Below are positions 13,680 to 25,800 of a stretch of 64,000 bases of DNA, one piece after another. The stretch comes from the human T2T-CHM13v2.0 reference genome, Homo sapiens, in NCBI RefSeq assembly GCF_009914755.1, contig NC_060935.1, one strand, 5' to 3'. Under the pieces are notes generated by a model. It was not told where the DNA came from, searched no databases, and saw only the letters and a list, made by a program, of their open reading frames with translations. Each line of letters begins with the position of its first letter. Within the stretch, counting starts at the first letter, position 1. A program made the translations under genes and the position numbers.

Positions 13680-14797
13680 CTGAAAAAAGAACATAGGGAT
13701 GCCAGGATCCCCAGTCATTTTCCAATGAGCTTTAGTCCTAGAGCGTCCTCTATGGTGTTAATGCTTATTCCTTTCCAGGGTGTGTAACCAACCATGGACC
13801 TCTGCTTATCGGATTAGTTACACTCACCAGTGTAGCAGTCCTGCACCCTTTTTCCTGCCTTTCTTGACCACAAAGAAAGGGGTCCAGGCTGCTGGATTCT
13901 AGTGGTCCTTTACCAGCATGCCCAACATTGCCTTTGGCTCAGGGGTGAGTCCTAGAGCTGGGCTGGATTCCTGAGTATTTCAAACAACCCAGCTGCCCCA
14001 TCCAGATTCATTCCCATAAACAACAGTTCTTATGCGAATTCGTTTTGGAGAGGGTGTAGGTAACCTTTTGACTCAGTATTGAGATAGAGTTGTTTTTTTT
14101 TTGTTTTTTTTTTTTTTTATTCTGTAAGTACTTTAAGGCTTGGCTGAGTGCAAACAGCTCACACGTTTGAGCAGACCAATTATTAGGCAATTCTCCTAAC
14201 TCTGCTTCCACAAGAGTCTCCCTATCAATTACTGAATACCCATTGTGGTTTTTTCTCAATCACCCGGGAGGAACCATCTGTCGTCCTGAAGGGAGTTCCT
14301 CCTAGGTCTGATCGGACTTTGTATGGTAATTAAGATTGAAATCCCCTGTTAGGAAATCTGCTGGGTTAAGAGAATTTTCAGTGGTTAGTGTTAAATCACC
14401 TTTTTCTAACAGAATAGCCGCATACTTTAAGATTTTTGAGTTAGTAAGCTACTTTTTTGCTTTTTTTGATTTAGGATAGCTCTGAACTGGTGAGGTGTGC
14501 TCACAATGAGGTTTCCTCTAAAGGTTATTTTTCTACTTTCTTCTGTTAGCAAGACAGTTGCCACTACCAATTGAATGCATTTGGGCCATTCGCGGGTTAC
14601 TGAGTTAAGAATTTTTGATAGGAAGGCTATGGGTTGTCAGTGGTCTCAGTGTTTTGGGCTATGCCCTTGTTTACATTGACAACAAGGTAATATTGGAGTG
14701 TTATAGGGTCACGGAGAAGACCTTCAATTATCAATTACAGGTTTTAAATTTACCCTGGCTTTTAAAGGAATAGGGCACACTGTTTTTCCTTTACTAT

Positions 14798-14925
14798 TTC
14801 TATCTTTCTCTTTCTCTCTTTCTTTCTCCTTTGACTTTCTGTCTCTCTCTGTTTGACTCATCTTTTGTCTCTGTTTCTTCCTCTCTCTCTCCCTCTCTGC
14901 CTCTCTCTTTCTCCTCTCTGCCTCT
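14798..14925 (-). repeat. AG-rich expansion in the HERV-W pre-gag leader
   Basis: (TC)-rich degenerate tract on the + strand inside the long HERV-W leader. Confidence 0.8.
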
Positions 14926-15765
14926 GTAGAAGGATTTTGGAAACATAGTGGAAGGACATTCGCTTGTTGCCCCCATTTGCCACTATAGGAATATGTGCCT
15001 CCCTTTAATTTACTCAATTCATTTTCATCCTGATCTATTATGTTGTTGTAGACCCAGTTCCAGTTGTTAAAGTACTGGGTTATCAATTCTAAGGCCCTGG
15101 CAAGGGTGGTGGGGAACGGGTCCCACATAACTGCCCATGTCGAGAGCTGTATGCCTGAATTGGGAGAGTCACCAGGGCCAAGACTCCCTGGGTTCATTGC
15201 CTAGGTGCTTAAGGACACAGCGTAGAGCTTCCTTAGATCCCTTTGGAGATACAACCTGCTCTAATACTTGGGAACGGAAGTGAAAGTCTGAAGCATTAGT
15301 ACCTAGGAGGCAGGGATCAGAGGAAGTAGATTCAGAGGTAAGGAGAATTTTGGGGCTACACTTTCAAGAAAGTCGTGGTTAGGACCCAGGAGATATGGGT
15401 CAGAAGGAGAGGTAGGGGCACACACATGGGCAACTGTTGAGTAGAGACTTCTGGCTGTGCAATGATCTCCACCGGCCAATGCCAGGAGTTCAGGACGACA
15501 GCTTTCTGCCTCTAGCCGACCCTCGGCTTCCCTAGGAAAATTGTGAAAGCAGAAGCTGGTTCCAGGCAGAACAAAGCTCCCAACACAGAAGGGTTGGGGA
15601 TTGTTAGAAAGCTTTTTCCCAGGAAACCTCACACCTGAGTCCAGCAGCCACGCTAATCGTTTTTAACTGGCTGATGGGTGCCCGGTTATTTTCCTCCAAT
15701 TCTAAGGAAGGATAGGACAGAATAGCAAGTGAAAGTGGTTCAATATTACTCACCGCTTTGGAGAA

Positions 15766-15783
15766 GCGCCGTACGGGCCACCA
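15766..15783 (-). promoter_or_regulatory. Primer-binding site, tRNA-Ile(AAU)-type
   Basis: TGGTGGCCCGTACGGCGC two nt after the 5' LTR; 16/18 match to TGGTGGCCCGTACGGGGA; followed by the splice donor AAAGCG/GTGAGT. Confidence 0.8.
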
Positions 15784-15785
15784 AA

Positions 15786-16311
15786 TGTTACCGGTGGGTC
15801 TTTGTTCTTAGAGTTCCCAAGATGGTGGCAGGCCACTCCCAAGATGGGGCGGGCTGCTCCCAAGATGGCAGCAAGCCTTTTGTTCTCTGACCTGGGGTTC
15901 TTGGCCTCACGGATTCCAAGGAATGGAACCTTGGGCCATGCGATGAGTGATATAGCTCTATTAGAAGCCATGGGTCACAGAAGGAACCATGGAACCCAGT
16001 GACTAGTGTTCAGCTGGATTAGGACGAACCTGGGCACTTAGCCGTGCAGGAACAACGGCAAGCCTCTAGCTGGATCCGGAGCGGCAATGGGCGCCTCGCT
16101 GAATCAGGAGCACAGTGGACACCCTGCCGGATCTGGAGGGGTTGAAGTCAGCGGTGGGTCTGTGACAGTGGCAAACAGCAGTGGTGGACAGCAAGCAAAA
16201 GCTCAGCTCGAGCCGTAACAAACACGGACCAGAAGAGTGTGCAGTTGCAAGATTTAATAGAGTGAAAACAGAGCTCTCATACAATGGGAGGGGACCCAAA
16301 GAGGGTTGCCC
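15786..16311 (-). mobile_element. 5' LTR17, R-U5 only (U3 absent)
   Basis: Aligns to 9063-9580 of the 3' LTR and stops about 24 nt downstream of the position where the TATA box would end; ATTAAA intact at 16253-16258. Confidence 0.93.
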
Positions 16312-16999
16312 CAGTACCACAGATTTCTAAAACATATATGTGAGTTCTTAGTTGTGTCCACAAAGTCTTGAATGGTGTAAGATAGAGCCCGTCTAGAAAA
16401 AAAATAAAACAGCAATCGTTTTCTTAACTGTTTAAACGGGAAAGCTGACAGTTCAGGAATTTCTTTACTTATTCCACTGAGTCCTTTTCAGTCCATGTAG
16501 AGTCCACCCAGAATATGAATTTGGGAGTTTCTTCTCTTGTCTTTCTTTTCTTCTCCTTCACCACGAGAGTTTGTTCTTTTGTTCTCTCTCCTACACCATC
16601 TCTCTGTAAGCTCTGGACGAGTAGCATTTGGCCTTTATTGTGATTCTTGGAGAAGGCTTTATTTGAGTCTTTAGATAATTTTGAATAAGCATATGCAGGT
16701 CAAAATGGTCAATATTTAGCTCAGTAATATTGATTGCATCATTTTGATGAGCTGTGCTGACAAAAAGTCCCTGCTTCTTGGTTCCAGTAAAAGAAATCAC
16801 ACCCCTCTAGCAGTGTATGCTAATAGATACACTAATTAATGATGTATAAACACAGGGAGAAGAGGAAAAGGGAAAAATAAAATTTTAATTTATTATTTTC
16901 ATAATTTAATTTTAATTATGAGATAAGATATCTCAATATAAAGAAGAAAAGCAATATGACGTGATTTGGGTAAAGAATTATCATTTTTATATTTTATAG

Positions 17000-17082
17000 C
17001 CACAGTCTTCCTGGAGTTTTGGAAAAGGAGAAGGAGTATACTGACCTATACTTGGGACCTTATCGAATGGGAAGAAGAGGAG
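17000..17082 (+). CDS. ANO3: Anoctamin-3 coding exon (~exon 15)
   Basis: ttttatag|..(A)[27 protein letters not shown]|gtaaga; codon spacing fits the known dystonia residues W490, R494 and E510. Confidence 0.97.
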
Positions 17083-17492
17083 GTAAGATGTTAGGATACA
17101 AGGAAATAGGGAAACTGGGCTATTACAGGATATGGAAAATTACTGCCCTAGCATTCCGGCTGGAAGCAGTTAACCACCATTAGATTTTCCCCTTGATCTT
17201 TCCTACTAAAAAGATTTATTATTTTATGAAGATAATAGAGATCAATGAAGTATGTATTTTTCAAACCACTTCTGTGATGTTTCTTTAAATTACATTAGTG
17301 GAAAATTATGCTAATTTCAATACTGCTCGGGATTTATTTGGAAGGTAATTTGATGTTATTTTTAAAAGGTTGCTTTATTGTGAAGACTTAATACAAAAGT
17401 AGGCCAAATTTAGGAGTATCGTATCAATTCTTGGGGGTATGTTTTTTTAGTTTATGGCTTTGATATTTAGATAACTTTCGTTTCTCTCATAG

Positions 17493-17672
<180 letters not shown>

Positions 17673-18184
17673 TAAATTTAGAAGTAAGTTCAATGATACC
17701 AACTCATTTTGTGACGTTGAGAATGTCAGAAACCTTATTCTTTCCAACAACTTGGTAACACGTACAATTAAACAAACAAATCACAACAGGTTATGGAGAT
17801 TTTACAAAGGCAGTTTGTGCACCTTTTTAAAGAAAATACTCTTTGGGAGAAACAGAGACCATCTAAGATAAAATGGAAATTATATCAGTTGACCTGATGG
17901 ATTAGACATCTTGTGTTAAAAATGAGCATTCCATTTAAGAGGACGTTGGGAAGAATTTGCATGTTAGTGTGATAACTTTGTTATCATACTAAAACAACAA
18001 ATTTTGTCCTATTTGTTTTGACTAGAATATAACTTCCTTAAAGGAGAAAATTAAATCTAGATATCCTTTCTTGGAAAGGTAAATACCTTCAATTCTTGGG
18101 GACAGTAGATTTGATCTACGGTTTTGCTTTTGACTTGTTAATGATGTAAAATATGGATGTTTTTTCTGGTGTCCAATATTGTAG

Positions 18185-18376
<192 letters not shown>

Positions 18377-18836
18377 TAGACAAAAAAGGGGTGGAAAGGG
18401 GAGAGGTCTATGTTTCCTTTATATTTGAAATGTATTTACATGGAGCCAAAATAAGACCAAGCCACATTTCTGTCAATGACAATTCAGTTTAACAGAAAAG
18501 ATTTCATCTTTGTAGTTTAGATGATAGATTTTTGAAATTAAAATAAATGCTAATTGTATTATCTTCCCTGCATTTTGGGTTTATAATCTGATTAGTGATA
18601 GCTTCCATTCAGTTAGTATCTCGTGTGTGCTAGAGATGGTGCCATGCACTTTTCAAACAAATAAAGAATTGTTTGGGCTTTAAAATCATCCCAATAAACT
18701 CCATTTTATGGGAAAACTTGTTGGAAAGATATGGGAAAATCTTTTTGAAAGCGAAGTATTGTTATCTACTAGTCTTCATGTGAAATGAAAAACAGTAAGG
18801 CAATTATTCCAGTTTTCTTTCTCTGGAACTACTGTT

Positions 18837-19310
18837 TCTCTCTCCCTTGTCTTCTTCCCTCTTCTCTCGTCTCCTTTCCTCTCCTCTCCTCTCCTCTCCT
18901 CTCCCCTCCCCTTCCCCTCTCCCCTTTCCTCCCCTCTCCTCTCCTCTCCCCTCCCCTCCCCTCTTCTCTCCCCTCTCCTTTCCTCTCCCCTCTCCTCTCC
19001 TCTCCCCTCTTCTCTCCCCTCTCCTCTCCTCCCCACCTCCCTTCCCCTGCCCTCCTCTCCTCCTCTCCCCTCCCCTCTCCTCCCCTCCCTTCTCCTTTCC
19101 TCCTCCCCTCCCCTCCCCTCTTCCCCTCCCCTCCTCTCATCCTCTTCCCATCTCTCCTCTCCTTCCTTCTCCTCTTCTCTCTCTCCCTTAATCCCTCCCT
19201 CTCTCACTTCCTCTCCCTCCCTTCCTTCCTCTCCCTCCATTCCTTCTTCTCACTCCCCCTCCCTCCTTCCCTCCCTCCCTTTCTACCTTCTTTCCTTTCT
19301 CTCCTTTTCC
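18837..19310. repeat. Polypyrimidine/polypurine low-complexity tract, (CCTCT)n/(CCCCT)n/(CCTT)n
   Basis: About 470 nt of almost only C and T on the + strand. Confidence 0.95.
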
Positions 19311-21071
19311 CATTGCTTCTCTTTGCATGCCTGCTCTATTCTATCAGGAAGATAACTGTTTTTTGCCTAACTATACCATTTTGTCATAGTCTGGCATGCT
19401 GTGGCATTGCTACGCCTTTATTCTTTGACTCTCTCTATGACCATGTTCCTCATGTTTCAACTGCTTATTTAACTTAAATCATCCAGTATTTTTATGTGCT
19501 AGTTACTCAAAGAAAGCACCTTTTTGTTTCAACATCGCATGCACTTAATGACTTGTGGACCAAATATCCATGGTTAATGGGACAAGAGTATGCATAGGCC
19601 TACCTCTTCAATCAGGTCTATCAATGGGAACCAATTTCCTCTGAAAATAGAAGGCACCTATTGGCACATTAAGGATAATATCTTTAATTCTTCCAACAGC
19701 TCCACAAAGTCAATTTATCCTTCATTATGTAAATAATGAAACTGAGATTCAAAGAGCTTAAATAACCTGCATATAGTAAGTGTTAATGTTAGTATATTTA
19801 CATCATGAGATAATTTATATGATATAGCTGAGCCATACATAAGTAATAAGGTTGGTATTATAGATAGATAATATGCATTTGGTTCCAAATGTGATTGATA
19901 CTCATGTTACTTGTTTAGCCTGGAGGGAGTTGAGACCATTTGCTATTTAACTTTAAAACAATAATCAGAGAAGATCTTAAGAGAAAAGTGAACAGTCACA
20001 GTTATAAATGAGTACTCATTATTATGAGGACAATAGTTAACATATTCTACTGGAGTTTGCTTTGCTCGGGTCCAGTTTAGTTTGTAGAAAGAGAATACTG
20101 TTTACATTATCTCTAAACGAGCCATAAAATAATTTATGCTCTTGACTCATAATTTAAAGTGTATAATAAACATTGAAAAAAATACACTTTTAGAAGTAGG
20201 AAACCTATATGGTAGTATATATAAGATAGTATAGGTTGTGCACTGCACAAGCATCACATTGATGGAAGAGCCATTTTCAGCACAGACACTGTAGATTTTT
20301 ATATTTTTGCTGTTACTTTTCTGGTATATAGTAAAACATCTTGTTTGTAACAAAATCAGTACAAACTATGACAGCTTTTCAGTAGACAGAGGTTATTGCA
20401 ATTGGCCCTATTATCTGGGAAAAGATAACTAAGTAGTTGTGTCGATTTCTAGGTCACAGAAGCAGTTGCCCAATTTGATCTTAAATTGACTCATTTCTTA
20501 TCGTAAGTAGGTTGGTTGACAAAAAAATTAATAATAGTAGCTGGTCATAGTTCTGCTACCCAGGATCTTATAGTCTAGTGGGGAAAGAGAATTGAAGAAT
20601 TCAGTGAAAAATGCACAATAGTTGAAGCAAAAAGGGCCCTGAGTAAGGTGAGAAAAAGGTCATCTATTGCACGTGAAATGGGATGGTACGTTTTATGATA
20701 GTGGATCAGAAGACTTGAATGGAAGAAGAGAGGGTGCTTATTCTGATCAGCCAAGAAAGAGCAGAAAGGAGATTGTTGTTTGAAGAAATTCAACCCACAA
20801 ATGGACAGAAGCACAGAAATGCATGTTCTTTGCCCTAAGGAAATAATGGGAAGTGTCTGTGAAGCATATTAGAATAAAGAAAAATAAGACTAGAAAACTA
20901 AATCAGTGCCTAGCTTTGGAGGTGTGAGTGGCATGTAAAGAGTATGGATATGATGTTGTTTTTTGCCCACTGTGGGCAGTGGGAAGCCATACTTGATGGT
21001 ATTTGATAGGTAAATAGCCACAAATCATCTTATCAGATACATTTATCGATATAAAGGAGATTAAAATATTA

Positions 21072-21397
<326 letters not shown>

Positions 21398-22449
21398 GAC
21401 ATTACTGTGTAATAGAACACTAGAACTTATTTCTTCTATCTAATTATAATTTTGTACCCATTGATCAACGTCCCCTCATGTAATTGCTACCCCTCCCCAA
21501 CCCATGTAATTACTGTGCTGGTAAGTTTGAAAACTCTCAAGAAAATGTAAGCCTTTCTGGGGAAAAGATAAATAGTCACAACTGCTTAAAGTAAAAGTAG
21601 ATATTCTAAGTAGATTGTCAATCATGAAAGAAATTGAAAGAAAGATTACAAACTAACAAAGCAGTCTTATCATAGGCACCGTATTACATTTTTAAAAAAT
21701 TTTAAATAAAAAGATAATTACCTGTTGTGCAAATTAATCCAGCATTTAGATAAAGAAATAATGCTTCCTGGGCAAACATAAAACTGATTTTTAAAATATA
21801 TCTGGCAAAGCTAGAATCAAAACTCAAACTAAAGAGCATTTACAGCTATATACATAATAGTGGCAAGTATAGATCAAAATATTTTCTAGAGTTACCTCTT
21901 GAAAGGAAGAATACAAGTAATTTTTATTTTCTTTACATGTTGTCTAATATTTATCACCTATTTTGAATTTTCTAGATTTGCTACAATAAGCTTATATTCT
22001 ATTCAACTCTAGTAAAGGACAAACCTTTTTTAAAATTAATTTCCAATATTCTATTTTAAAGGAATTATCAATAATATCATCCAAGATTCATATAGAAGGA
22101 TTATCATTGTAGTATTATTTAGAGTAGTAGATATTAAAAAAGAGACCCCTTAAATAACCAAAAATAAAAAAAAGTTATTCAAATTCTATGTAAGGTAGTA
22201 TCATATAAACTATTAAAATGCTCTTTGAATGTTATTTAAGAACATGAAATACAGTTATATAAGGATATAAAAGTTTACTTGATTCCATTTTTTCTAGAAT
22301 ACACATAGTCTCCTGGATTTTGAAACTTTAAGAAATTACAATCAAATATTAACAATATTGGTCCCTCAATAGTGAGAAAAAATGTGGCACACCCTTTTGA
22401 TTTAGTATAAATTTTGCTTATAGGGATTTGTATTTGTTCACCTAGTATA

Positions 22450-22790
22450 TTTATTTTAATTCACATATTGTAATGGTACAGGTTTAGGAGTATAATTGGA
22501 TGTTTTAAACATGTGTATGTTGTATAATTGTCAACTCAGGGTATTTAGCATGACCATCACCTGATGGCATTTATCATTTCTTTGTGATGGTCATCCAAGC
22601 CTCTTTTCTAGCTATTTTGTAATGTAAAATACCTAAGTGTTACACAATGTCACCCTACTGTGCAGTAGAACACTAGAACTTATTTATTCTATCTAATTAT
22701 AATTTTGTACCCATTGATCAACCTCTCTCAATCCTCCCCTCCCCAACCCAGTATCTGATAACACTTCCTCTATGATATGAACTCATTTAT
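22450..22790 (-). mobile_element. L1MA-type 3' end (host element, part 1)
   Basis: CATTTATCATTTCTTTGTG..CACCCTACTGTGC..TAGAACTTATT..TTGTACCCATT L1MA 3' UTR motifs. Confidence 0.8.
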
Positions 22791-22807
22791 TGATTTTTAA
22801 GAAATCC

Positions 22808-25800
22808 TCTCCCCATTGCTTGTTTTTGTCAGGTTTGTTGAAGATCAGATGGTAGTAGATACGTGGTGTTATTTCTGAGGTCTCTGTACTGTTCCATTGG
22901 TGTATATGTCTGTTTTGATACTAGTACCATGCTGTTTTGGTTACTGTAGCCTTGTAGCATAGTTTGAATTCAGGTAGTGTAATGCCTCCAGCTTTGTTCT
23001 TTTTGTTTAGGATTGTCTTGGCTATACGGGCTCTTCTTTGGTTTCATATGAAACTTAAAGTAGTTTTTTTCTAATTCTGTGAAGAATGTCAATGGTAGTT
23101 TGATGGGAATAGTATTGAATCTATAAATTACTTTGGGCAGTATGATTATTTTCACAATATTGATTCTTCCTAACCATGAGAATAGAATGTTTTTCCATTT
23201 ATTTATGTCATCTCATATTTCCTAGAGCAGTGGTTTATAGTTCTCCTTGAAGAGTTCTTTCAGATCCCTTGTTATCTGTATTCCTAGGAATTTTATTCTC
23301 TTTGTAGCAATTGTGAGTGGGAGTTCATTTATGATTTGGCTCTCTGCTTGTCTATTGATGGTATGTATAGGAATGCTTGTGATTTTTGCATATTGATTTT
23401 GTACCCTAAGACTTTGCTGAAGTTGCTTATCAGCTTAAGGAGTTTTGGGGCTGAGACAACGAGGTTTTCTAAATGTAGAATCATGTCATCTGCAAACACA
23501 GACAATTTGACTTCCTCTCTTTCTATTCGAATACCCTTTGTTTCATTGTTTTGCCTGATCGCCCTGCCCAGAACTTGCAATACTATGTTGAATAGGAGTG
23601 GTGAGAGAGGGCATCCTGTCTTGTATTGATTTTCAAAGAGAATGCTTCCAGCTTTTGCTCATTCAATGTGATATTGGCTGTGGGTTTTTCATAAGTAGCT
23701 CTTATTATTTTGAGATATGTTCCATCAGTACCTATTTTATTGAGAGTTTTTAACCTGAAGGGATATTGAATTTTATCGAAGGCCTTTTCTGCATCTATTG
23801 AGATAACCAAGACAAATTTTTGTCGTTGGTTCTGTTAATGTGATGGATTACGTTTATTGATTTGCATATGTTGAACCAGCCTTGTATCCCAGGGGTGAAG
23901 CCAACTTGATGGTGGTGGATAAGTTTTTTGATGTGCTGCTGGATTCGGTTTGCCAATATTTTATTGAGGATTTTTGCACCAATGTTTCACACCAATGTCA
24001 GGGATATTGGCCTGACATTTTCTTTTTTTGTTGTATCTCTGCCAGGTTTTGGTATCAGGATGATTCTGGCCTCATAAAATGAAATAGAGAGGAGTCCCTC
24101 TTTTTCTATTGTTTGGAATAGTTACAGAAGGAATGGTACCAGCTCCTCTTTGTACCTCTGGTAGAATTCGGCTGTGAATCCATCTGGTCCTGGGCTTTTT
24201 TTGGTTGCTAGGCTATTAATTACTGCATCAATTTCAGAATATGTTACTGTTATTGGTCTATTCAGGGATTCGACTTCTTCCTGGTTTAGTCTTGGGAGGG
24301 TGTATCTGTCCAGGAATTTCTTCCTTCCATTTCTTCTAGATTTTCTAGTTTATTTGCATAGAGGTGTTTATAGTCTTCTCTGACGGTAGTTTGTATTTCC
24401 GTGGGATCAGTGGTGATATCCCCTTTATCATTTTTTATTGTGTCTATTTGATTCTTCTCTCTTTTCGTCTTTATTAGTCTGGCTAGCAGTCTATTTTGTT
24501 AATCTTTTAAAAAAAAAACCAACTCCTGGATTCATTCATTTTTTTGAAGGGGTTTTCATGTCTCTACCTCCTTCTGTTCTGCTCTGATTTTAGTTATTTC
24601 TTGTCATCTGCTAGCTTTTGAATTTGTTTGCTCTTGCTTCTCTAGTTCTTTAAATTGTGATGTTAGGGTGCTGATTTTAGATCTTTCCCACTTTCTCTTG
24701 TGGGCATTCAGTGCTATAAATTTCCCTGTAAATACTGCTTTAGCTGTGTCCCAGAGATTCTTGTATGTTGTGTCTTTGTTCTCATTGGTTTCAAAGAACT
24801 TATTTATTTCTGCCTTAATTTTATTATTTACCCAATAATCATTCAGTTCACTTTCTATGTAGTTGTGTGGTTTTGAGCGAGTATCCTAATCCTGAGCTCT
24901 AATTTGATTGCAGTGTGGTCTGAGAGACTGTTTGTTATGATTTCCATTCTTTTGCATTTGCTGAGGAGTGTTTTACTTCCAATTATGTGGTCAATTTTAG
25001 AATAAGTGTGATGTGGTGCTGAGAAGGATGTATATTCTGTTGATCTGGGGTGGAGAGTTCTGTTGATGTCTATTAGATCTGCATGGTCCAGAGCTGAGTT
25101 CAAGTCCTGAATATCCTTATTAATTTTCTGTCTCATTGATCTATCTAATATTGAAATTGGGGTGTTAAGGCCTCCCACTATTCTTTGTTGGTTTAAAGTC
25201 TGTTTTATCGGAGACTAGGATTGCAATCCCTGCTTTTTTTTTTTTGGCTATTTGCTTGGTAAATTTTCCTTCATCCCTTTATTTTGAGCCTGTGTGTGTC
25301 CTTGCCCATGAGATAGGTCTCCTGAATATAGGACACAGATGGGTCTTGACTCTTTATCAAATTTGCCAGTTTGTGTCTTTTAATTGGGGCATTTAGCCCA
25401 TTTACATTTAAGGTTAATATTGTTATGTGTGAGTTTGATCCTGTCATCCTGATGCTATCTGGTTATTTTGCACACTAGTTGATGCAGTTTCTTCATAGTG
25501 TCATTGATCTTTATATTTTGGTGTGTTTTTGCAGTGGCTAGTACCAGCTTTTCCTTTCCATATTTAGTGCTTCCTTCAGGAGCTCTGGCAAGGCAGGTCT
25601 GGTGGTGATGAAATTCCTCAACATTTGCTTGTCTGGAAAGGATTTTATTTCTCCTTTGCTTATGAAGTATAGTTTGACTGGATATGAAATTCCATATGAT
25701 ATTATATGAAATTGTTTTGAAAATTCTTTAAGAATGTCAAATATTGGCCCCACTCTCTTCTGGCTTGTAGGATTTCAGCTGAGAGGTCCACTCATAGTCT

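Larger units (their letters stand above)
9063..16311 (-). mobile_element. HERV-W (LTR17-HERV17-LTR17), defective, antisense to ANO3
   Basis: LTR17 termini TGAGAG..GGTAACA; disrupted gag (MGNIPPKAK..), protease, RNase H, integrase and syncytin-like env (MALLCHIFLFTVLLP..) frames. Confidence 0.96.

Noticed and set aside
18776-19477. Long ORFs of 103-230 aa on both strands
   Set aside because: They arise from the low-complexity C/T tract, which lacks stop codons.
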